From NCBI GenBank assembly GCA_019057375.1, contig DXJF01000114.1, forward strand, positions 44,632 to 108,631: a DNA stretch of 64,000 nt. The letters are read 5' to 3'. Shown here piece after piece: positions 57,228 through 64,000 of this stretch. The position numbers were made by a program, and so were the translations under genes. This stretch comes from Candidatus Heimdallarchaeota archaeon. Its GTDB lineage: Archaea > Asgardarchaeota > Heimdallarchaeia > Heimdallarchaeales > Heimdallarchaeaceae. The notes under the pieces are model-generated. The model was not told where the DNA came from and did no database searches. It was given only the letters and a program-made list of their open reading frames with translations. The first letter of the stretch is position 1, and the number at the start of each line of letters is the position of its first letter.

Positions 57228-57384
57228 TCTAAGTGTTTAAAGTTAAAAGCGCTTAAAATTTCGTTGGTTTGACATAAATACTTGAATAGAGAGAACTTAT
57301 TTTTCCTTTAAGGTTCCGTATCTATTTAAGCAATTCTGAAAAAAGTTTATTAAACAATAATACATACATTCTGTAGGTGATGTC

Positions 57385-57621
57385 TTGATGGCGATAGCTT
57401 TTATTCTGATAAATAGTGAGATTGGAGAAGAAAAGGGCGTACTCAACCAACTAATGTCCTTACCCAACGTAAAAGAAGCTCATGTTGTTTACGGTGTTTA
57501 TGATCTCATTGCAAAAATTGAAGCAGATACAATGGATGAGTTAAAGAAAATTGTTACTGAAAATCTAAGAGCTTTAGAGAATGTGCGTAGCACTATGACT
57601 ATGATTTGCGTTGAGAAATAA
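57385..57621 (+). CDS. Lrp/AsnC ligand-binding-domain protein
   Basis: AFILIN...VKEAHVVYGVYDLIAKIE...VRSTMTMI. Confidence 0.9.
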   Translation: MMAIAFILINSEIGEEKGVLNQLMSLPNVKEAHVVYGVYDLIAKIEADTMDELKKIVTENLRALENVRSTMTMICVEK

Positions 57622-57720
57622 ACATTTCCTCTCTTTTTTATTCTGAATCTATCCTATTTCTTTTTATGTACTTTTTATCTTCTGGCAAATTTTAAATAAA
57701 AGTCTACAATCTTCTACCCT

Positions 57721-58431
57721 ATGGCATATGAGATTCTATATGAGATTCTTTTAGTGGTTGCAGGCTATTTGTTTGGCTCTATACCCTTTGCATATATAGT
57801 TGGTAAAGTTGGTCGTGGAATTGACATAAGGAACTATGGTTCAGGAAATATGGGTGCAACTAATGTAATGAGAGCACTAGGAAAAAAAGCAGGTTTCCTA
57901 ACAATGGGACTTGATATGATTAAGGGGACAATACCAGTACTTCTAGCGAGACTTTATATCTGGTTAGGAAATTATTCTGGGTTTGGAACTAAAAGTGTAG
58001 GAACAGACTTTCCAAAGTTCCTTGATGAAGGATTTTTGTTAACTTTAGTAGCTCTAATGGCAGTAGTAGGTCATGCTTTACCTGTTTGGGTTAAATTCAA
58101 AGGAGGAAAATCTGCAGCTGTAGGATCTGGTGCAATACTGGGAATCAACCCCATTGCTTTTGTGATTGTTATTCTAGCATGGATTCCATTACTCAAATTT
58201 ACCAAGATCATGTCACTTTCAAATTTAATAATGGCACTGGTTGCACCTGTCATATATTGGATTTTTGCAGGAACTGATTGGTTTTTCAATGGTAGTCTTT
58301 GGGCATTAATTGTTGCTTGTATAATGGTTGTATTTATTTTCTGGCGTCATAAGGCGAACCTCAAACGATTACTTACTGGAACAGAAAGGAAAATGGGAGA
58401 AAAGGTAGAAATAGAACCTGAAAGTGTATAA
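57721..58431 (+). CDS. plsY: Glycerol-3-phosphate acyltransferase PlsY (acyl-phosphate dependent)
   Basis: YLFGSIPF, motif 1 GSGNMGATNVMR, D..KG, GHALP...FKGGKS, motif 3 RHKANLKRL. Confidence 0.92.
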   Translation: MAYEILYEILLVVAGYLFGSIPFAYIVGKVGRGIDIRNYGSGNMGATNVMRALGKKAGFLTMGLDMIKGTIPVLLARLYIWLGNYSGFGTKSVGTDFPKFLDEGFLLTLVALMAVVGHALPVWVKFKGGKSAAVGSGAILGINPIAFVIVILAWIPLLKFTKIMSLSNLIMALVAPVIYWIFAGTDWFFNGSLWALIVACIMVVFIFWRHKANLKRLLTGTERKMGEKVEIEPESV

Positions 58432-58500
58432 TCCTCTTCCTTTTTTACAATCCAAAGAATATATAATAGTTTAACATATTATTCCTTTAGTGAAGGTAGT

Positions 58501-60030
58501 TTGAAAAGAACCACTCTTATTGCTATATTATTAATTGGTCTAACAGCTGTGGGTGTGGGTGGTTATTTTGTCACTAATACAATTATTTCTAATTATTTCT
58601 CGGGAGAAGCTACTTTAATTTCCTTATTACATCCAGAAGAAATATTGAAAGGAGATCCTCTAAAGCTAAAATTTGAGTTAGATATCAGTGGAATTAACAA
58701 ACTAACGGTTGAATCTGTTGAAATAAGAATTAGTTCCACTCTGTATTCCCTTAATGATACAATGCGTTATGATATTAATCAAGAACTTCTACGAGGTACT
58801 GAGCTTATTACCATTGATGTTGGACCTCTGTTAAACACAAGTACGGGATTCTTTGCACTAAATGTTGGAGAATATAAAACAGAGTTTGTTAATTTCACAT
58901 TTGAGGATAAAGCTCCGGATGTTTTAGAAGAATTGTCAATGATTTTCAACGTTGTTAATCCACAAGAAACGGAACAACTATCAAATGAAAAATTTCAGGA
59001 TGGACTAAGTGGTTGGAATATTAATCAAGTGAGCGATAATACCTCTGTAGGAATTTCCACCCATGGTTCTCTGGATGGAAATAGCCTTCTTATTAGCAAT
59101 ATTCAAGATGTACAACCAAATAATTCTATCTGGGTTAGCATCTCACAAACAATCAATATGACTAACAGTCATTTTCTCTCTTTTGAACAAGTTATAGAAA
59201 GTACTAACAGTAGCATTAACTTTAAGCTGTTCTCAGATGGTATCGAAGCTAATATGAGCTTGGAACTCAACGTAGGTTCAGTACAAAATCAGATTATACA
59301 CTATGGTGAAGCTTCAGAAATCACTAACGTTACCTTACAGATATCTTTCACCTATGCCGATAATAATACCAATGTCTACCTAGATGATTTATCCATCCTA
59401 CAATACGAACATCGTGTTTATGTTTTGATGCTTAATGACAATTGGGAAACTATTGGGGACGAGATAGGAAGATCAGATCTTTTTACAACCATCACAGCAA
59501 CATCATATTTCTTTGAAAAGGAACTTGGAATTAAGCTGATACCTATTCTAGAACTTGAATGGCACCCATCTAATCTTAGCTGGTTAGTAGTGGATGATGA
59601 TGCTTTAGCTTCAGCAGGAGAGATGTTAGGATTAGAAAATGAATGGAATGTTACAACGGGTAGATCTAACCAAAATAATGGTTTTGATCTCTTAACATCA
59701 TATTCGAATCAAACATCTGAACATTATGGATTTGCTTACTATGAAATGAATGCATGTTTTCATTTTGGTCAATCAGAAGAACTAGGTGGGTATAGTTGGT
59801 TAACAATTGTCGGAGATTGGGCAGAAAATCTTATTCAACACGAAATCAGTCACAATTTTGGTGCTCATGACAGAGATAGAACATTTTTCCCCCCTAGTGT
59901 TATGAGCAAACCATCAAATCCTGACCAAGTTGTTGCAGATTTTCTGATAAACAAACTCTGGTTACAAGTTAACAACTGGTTAATAGAAGATGTTTTGCTT
60001 ATGTTAGCCAACAGAGTAATGTTTGATTGA
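58501..60030 (+). CDS. Secreted or anchored zinc metalloprotease (metzincin/reprolysin-like C-terminal domain)
   Basis: N-terminal TM, many sequons, QHEISHNFGAHD followed by SVMS (Met-turn-like). Confidence 0.7.
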   Translation: MKRTTLIAILLIGLTAVGVGGYFVTNTIISNYFSGEATLISLLHPEEILKGDPLKLKFELDISGINKLTVESVEIRISSTLYSLNDTMRYDINQELLRGTELITIDVGPLLNTSTGFFALNVGEYKTEFVNFTFEDKAPDVLEELSMIFNVVNPQETEQLSNEKFQDGLSGWNINQVSDNTSVGISTHGSLDGNSLLISNIQDVQPNNSIWVSISQTINMTNSHFLSFEQVIESTNSSINFKLFSDGIEANMSLELNVGSVQNQIIHYGEASEITNVTLQISFTYADNNTNVYLDDLSILQYEHRVYVLMLNDNWETIGDEIGRSDLFTTITATSYFFEKELGIKLIPILELEWHPSNLSWLVVDDDALASAGEMLGLENEWNVTTGRSNQNNGFDLLTSYSNQTSEHYGFAYYEMNACFHFGQSEELGGYSWLTIVGDWAENLIQHEISHNFGAHDRDRTFFPPSVMSKPSNPDQVVADFLINKLWLQVNNWLIEDVLLMLANRVMFD

Positions 60031-60094
60031 ACTAGTTGTAACAAGAACGAAAAGCTTAATTAGATGAGTTAAACGCAAATAGTGTAGAATTAGT

Positions 60095-60202
60095 GGCCGG
60101 ATGGTCTAGCTTGGTATGGCCCCTGGTTTGGGACCAGGAGATCCCGTGTTCAAAAGGTTTCAGATGCGTTCTGAAATACTGAAAATCATGGTCCGGCCAC
60201 CA
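60095..60202 (+). tRNA. tRNA-Pro(TGG) with a 31-nt intron in the T-loop (59/60; intron 60155-60185)
   Basis: Acceptor GGCCGGA/TCCGGCC, anticodon arm CCTGG-TTTGGGA-CCAGG; BHB with TTCA/TGAA helix and bulges AAA and AAT. Confidence 0.93.
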
Positions 60203-60258
60203 TTCTTCTTATATTATTTTTATTCTCTTGTTTCAGAGAACTTTTTATAAATTAGGAA

Positions 60259-61140
60259 ATGAATGGAAAAACTATGAACATAGGTTTTGTTACGGATAGT
60301 GGTTCAGATATCGATCTTGATTATGCTGAAAAAATAGGTGTGAAAGTTGTTCCTTTGACTGTAACTTTTAGTGATGCAGATGATGTTGTACATAAGGAGG
60401 ATAGAAGTTTTGATCTTGATTCCTATTATAGCAAATATGACTCAGTTGATGATTTCTCCGCAAAAACTGCTCAACCAACCCCTAATGATTTCTTTACTGT
60501 TTATGAAGAACTAGCAAAAGAAGGAGTAGAAGAAATAATAGTGGTAACTCTAAGTTCAGGTTTAAGTGGAACAATGAACAGCGCACGTTTGGGGGTAAAT
60601 ATGCTTAAGAGGAAAAATGACAAAGTTAAGGTTCATCTTGTTGATGCATTAAATGCGTCATATTCTGAGGTACTGTTGATTGAGAAGGGTTTGAAACTAC
60701 AAGAACAAGGTTTAGATGCTGATGAAATTGCAAAAAAACTAAGAGAACATGTTAAAAACATCAAAACTTACATACTTCTTCCTTCACTGAAATTCTTGCG
60801 TAAGGGAGGTAGAATCTCGGTGACTAAATACATTCTTGGAACTCTTCTAAAAAAGAAACCTATTACAATTGTTAATGAAGAAGGCAAAAACGAAGTCGCC
60901 ACAACTGTAACAGAAACAGATGAAGGCATTCATAAAATCCTTGAATTAACTTCAGAGAATTTTACTAGATTTCCAAAACAAGTTATTATTATTCATGGTA
61001 ATAATCTAGAATTTGCTGGAAGAATGGAGAAACAATTAGAAAAACACTTCAAAGATGTGAAAATCAGAACAAGATGCACGGGGGTTACGATATCTGCACA
61101 CACAGGACCAGATGTTGTTGCCTTGATATCTGAATTCTGA
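60259..61140 (+). CDS. DegV family fatty-acid-binding protein (FakB-like)
   Basis: VTDSGSD, KTAQP, LSSGLSGT, LRKGGRI, ISAHTGP. Confidence 0.92.
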   Translation: MNGKTMNIGFVTDSGSDIDLDYAEKIGVKVVPLTVTFSDADDVVHKEDRSFDLDSYYSKYDSVDDFSAKTAQPTPNDFFTVYEELAKEGVEEIIVVTLSSGLSGTMNSARLGVNMLKRKNDKVKVHLVDALNASYSEVLLIEKGLKLQEQGLDADEIAKKLREHVKNIKTYILLPSLKFLRKGGRISVTKYILGTLLKKKPITIVNEEGKNEVATTVTETDEGIHKILELTSENFTRFPKQVIIIHGNNLEFAGRMEKQLEKHFKDVKIRTRCTGVTISAHTGPDVVALISEF

Positions 61141-61146
61141 TATTTT

Positions 61147-61491
61147 CTATTCTTTTAATCTTTCTGAGGTCATAAGAGCTCTTAGATAATCACTCAACGC
61201 ATGAAATCGCTCTTCGTAACTCTTCTTCGGATCCATGAATATTTCTCTGCTCATCGTGTGGTACTTTTGTTCTTGTTTTTCTATTATCGTATTATTTTTC
61301 GTTTTTATCAATCTGATTCTAGGTTGCTTCTGTATATACACAATTAGATTTAACCATTTTTCAGCTGTGGCTGGGTTTAGACCTACTTTTTGGAGTTTAG
61401 ATTTTGGAAAGGGATCATCTTCATAGTCAACTAGTTTGAATATTGCTTGAGCTCTTTCAATTAATGTTCTTCGTGTTTTAGTTTGCTCCAT
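61147..61491 (-). CDS. Hypothetical protein, possible winged-helix
   Basis: 114 aa; KSKLQKVGLNPATAEKWLNLI is HTH-like. Confidence 0.6.
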   Translation of the reverse strand: MEQTKTRRTLIERAQAIFKLVDYEDDPFPKSKLQKVGLNPATAEKWLNLIVYIQKQPRIRLIKTKNNTIIEKQEQKYHTMSREIFMDPKKSYEERFHALSDYLRALMTSERLKE

Positions 61492-61554
61492 AATACATTA
61501 TTGTATTATTATGCTATAATAATGTATTTATGTGAAATGATAATTTTCCAATAT

Positions 61555-63690
61555 ATGTCTAAGAAAGCAGCTGATGAATCAAACATTAGAGTTGATATTG
61601 AAAACCAAAAATGGGCCATAGTAGGGATTGTAAATGCATTTTTAGAGAGATATAACAAAGAAAATGCAAAGGAATTGAGAGAAACATTCTCAGAAAAATA
61701 TGATGCACTAATTAAACAACACGAACAAGAAGATTTAACAGAATTGGCCCAATTTTACCGACTTGTTTCAGAATTTAGATTAGCACTTGAATCAGTTCTA
61801 GAAACAGGTCCAATTTATGAAAACTTAATCGACAGAATGGTAGAAATGTTTGATATTACATTAGCTGGTATTCAAAGACAAGTTGATAATAAAATCCGTC
61901 GTCCTACTGAAGATGGTCCGGTCCTTCCAGGCAGTGATAAAACAACCTCAATCAAATTCTTCTGTACAGTTTGTGAAAAGTTCTTAGATATTCCTGAAGA
62001 GTTGAAGGAGCAGCTGTTAAATTCAGATGAAAGAATAGAATTACCTGAGCATCATGATAAAGAATTGGAGATAAGGATCGTAAGTACTGAGGAAGATACA
62101 TTAGAATTGAAGAGCAGTAAATCAGTTTTAGAGATAAAATCTGCAAGAGAGTTAATGGGGTATTCTAATACAGAAATTGAAGAGATTCAGCAAAATAAGA
62201 ACAAGTTAGCTGAGATATTTCCTGAAATTCTTTCTCAAACAGGTGATGATATTGGTGAATACTTGAATGTTTTAAGTGTTGGAATTGATGTTGGGTCTTC
62301 TACATCACATCTTGTATTTTCAGGTTTAACTCTGAGAAGAGAAAGAAGTTTTTTCAATATGTCAAATCGCTTTCATCTGATTAACCGTAAAATAATCTAT
62401 GAGGGCAATATAATTGACACTCCGTTATTAGATCGCTTTAACATAGATATTGAGGCAGTTGTAGAATTCTTTGAAGAAGAGTACAAGGAAGCAGGCATCA
62501 AGACAGAGATGGTAGATACAGGTGCAGTCATAGTTACTGGAGAAACAGCTAAGAAACAAAATGCAGAGGAAATAGTGAGAAGATTATCTTCTTCAACTGG
62601 AAAATTTGTTAGTGCTGCAGCAGGACCAAACTTTGAATCTCTGCTTGGAGCCATGGGGAGCGGCATTGTTGATCAGACTCTGAAAGATGAAAATACAATA
62701 ATGAATATAGATATTGGTGGAGGTACTAGTAATCTTGCTATTGCATCAAAGGGTGAAGTAACAAGTACATCCTGTATAAATGTTGGTGGGAGATTGCTAG
62801 GAATAGACAAAGATTTCAAGATTTGGAGGATAGATGAGCCAACTGAGTTCATAATGAAAGAACTTGATCTAGACTACAAAATAGGCGCTGTTATCCCCGA
62901 AAAAGATGTTAAAACAATAGCTAAGAAATATGCACATGCTTTAGTTGAAGTAATGAGAGGACCAGCAAAAAGCAAAATTGCCAAAGAACTGATGATGACG
63001 AGTGATTTAGATTTTAGCATTCCAATTGATGGTTATTCTTTCTCAGGTGGAGTTGCTGAGATGATTTATGGTGAGAAAGGTACATTTGATGACATTGGAA
63101 AGTATCTTGCAGAAGAATTCAAATCTTTAATGAATAAATATAATCTACCAATTCTTGAGCCAGAGAACAAAATCAGAGCAACAGTTATTGGTGCAGGTTC
63201 ATTTTCACTTTCAGTATCTGGATCCACTTGCTATTTTGATAAAAGTATCTTGTTTCCTCTCGAAAATATCCCAGTGCTAAATGTAAATATTAGAAAGGAA
63301 GACTTCAATCCAGAGAAACTTAAGGAGCAAGTTAATGGAGCATTCAAAAGATTCGATATGCAAGAGGGAGAGGATTTAGTAGCTTTATACTTCAAAGATC
63401 CAATCTATAGGAATAATTTCTATCTAACAGATTTTGCTAAAGCTATCGAAAAGGCATTACCAAATTCAATTACTAATGGTAAAATGGTTATTTTGATTTT
63501 TGACCAAGATATGGGAGGATCTGTGGGAATTGCTCTTCGTCGAGAAACGTTTTTGCAAAATAACCTTATTTGCATGGATGAATTAGAGCTTGAGGAAGGT
63601 GATTGGATTGATATTGGTGTGCCTCTATACTCAGGTCAAGCTTTTCCTGTAACTGTGAAGAGTTTAGTATTTAATAAAAACAAAAACTAG
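61555..63690 (+). CDS. eutA: EutA-like (ethanolamine ammonia-lyase reactivase family) ATPase with an N-terminal extension (ORF track starts at 61483)
   Basis: SVGIDVGSSTSHLVFS, GAVIVTGETA, AGPNFE, DIGGGTSN, IRATVIGAG, C-terminal PVTVKSLVF. Confidence 0.8.
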   Translation: MSKKAADESNIRVDIENQKWAIVGIVNAFLERYNKENAKELRETFSEKYDALIKQHEQEDLTELAQFYRLVSEFRLALESVLETGPIYENLIDRMVEMFDITLAGIQRQVDNKIRRPTEDGPVLPGSDKTTSIKFFCTVCEKFLDIPEELKEQLLNSDERIELPEHHDKELEIRIVSTEEDTLELKSSKSVLEIKSARELMGYSNTEIEEIQQNKNKLAEIFPEILSQTGDDIGEYLNVLSVGIDVGSSTSHLVFSGLTLRRERSFFNMSNRFHLINRKIIYEGNIIDTPLLDRFNIDIEAVVEFFEEEYKEAGIKTEMVDTGAVIVTGETAKKQNAEEIVRRLSSSTGKFVSAAAGPNFESLLGAMGSGIVDQTLKDENTIMNIDIGGGTSNLAIASKGEVTSTSCINVGGRLLGIDKDFKIWRIDEPTEFIMKELDLDYKIGAVIPEKDVKTIAKKYAHALVEVMRGPAKSKIAKELMMTSDLDFSIPIDGYSFSGGVAEMIYGEKGTFDDIGKYLAEEFKSLMNKYNLPILEPENKIRATVIGAGSFSLSVSGSTCYFDKSILFPLENIPVLNVNIRKEDFNPEKLKEQVNGAFKRFDMQEGEDLVALYFKDPIYRNNFYLTDFAKAIEKALPNSITNGKMVILIFDQDMGGSVGIALRRETFLQNNLICMDELELEEGDWIDIGVPLYSGQAFPVTVKSLVFNKNKN

Positions 63691-63735
63691 TCAGAAGACC
63701 CCCTCCTAGGCAAGGGTAGTTCATTGAAAGATGAT

Positions 63736-63999
63736 TTATAAGTGTAATTTCTTCTTCTCAAAAGGTCTACCATGACCTGGATATACGTATTTGAACTCTA
63801 AAGAACCTATTTTTTCAATACTTTGTTTCATATCATTGCTATCTGACACCATACTTGCTTGATCAGGTTGTTTTATATTCTCAAGAATATCACCGCAAAA
63901 AAAATGTCCATCTTCTGTTAGGACTCCTACAGATCCTTTAGAATGACCTGGTAAGGCAATGATTTTAGCAGATAAACCATATTCATCAAGTTTCTGTTC
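63736..63999 (-). CDS. MBL-fold metallo-hydrolase, C-terminal part; truncated by the window edge
   Basis: Manual translation: ...LPGHSKGSVGVLTEDGHFFCGDIL...VYPGHGRPF...*. Confidence 0.85.
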   Translation of the reverse strand, partial: EQKLDEYGLSAKIIALPGHSKGSVGVLTEDGHFFCGDILENIKQPDQASMVSDSNDMKQSIEKIGSLEFKYVYPGHGRPFEKKKLHL

Positions 64000-64000
64000 A

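Noticed and set aside
966-62666. The remaining 60-140-aa ORFs in the track nested in or antisense to recognised genes
   Set aside because: No motifs; expected by chance in alternative frames
63697-63717. CCCT...AGGG hairpin between the convergent eutA-like and MBL genes
   Set aside because: Only a 4-bp stem; at most an ordinary bidirectional terminator

Overview
AT-rich archaeal chromosome segment, probably from an Asgard (Heimdallarchaeia-like) lineage. That assignment is inferred from BHB-type tRNA introns, archaeal DtdA, GGTGA ribosome-binding sites and a longin-like protein. Most of the window is housekeeping and catabolic: a peptide ABC transporter, CysRS, hydantoinase/oxoprolinase A+B, argF, arsR-acr3, a Cys-type formate dehydrogenase alpha subunit with a MobA-like gene, and an EutA-like protein. 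Seven tRNA genes are present, three with introns. A roughly 12-kb accessory island (about 24.9-36.7 kb) carries three proteins with HEPN-type RxxxxH motifs, a HerA/DUF87 ATPase, an HNH protein with zinc fingers and a B-box-like end, and a stand-alone TnpB. Best leads: (1) the TnpB has the rearranged, Fanzor-like RuvC site (Gly at RuvC-II, alternative Glu before the Zn finger) and is followed by four GCAA-capped hairpins, a candidate omegaRNA; (2) tRNA-Phe and tRNA-Pro carry homologous introns at the non-canonical 59/60 position; (3) a candidate HEPN/HerA defence module; (4) bacterial-type plsY clustered with degV and an esterase; (5) a dispersed GAAGCTAGC...GCTAGC(T/C)TC inverted-repeat family. 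No CRISPR array, rRNA gene or integrase was seen. All family assignments are by motif recognition, not database search.
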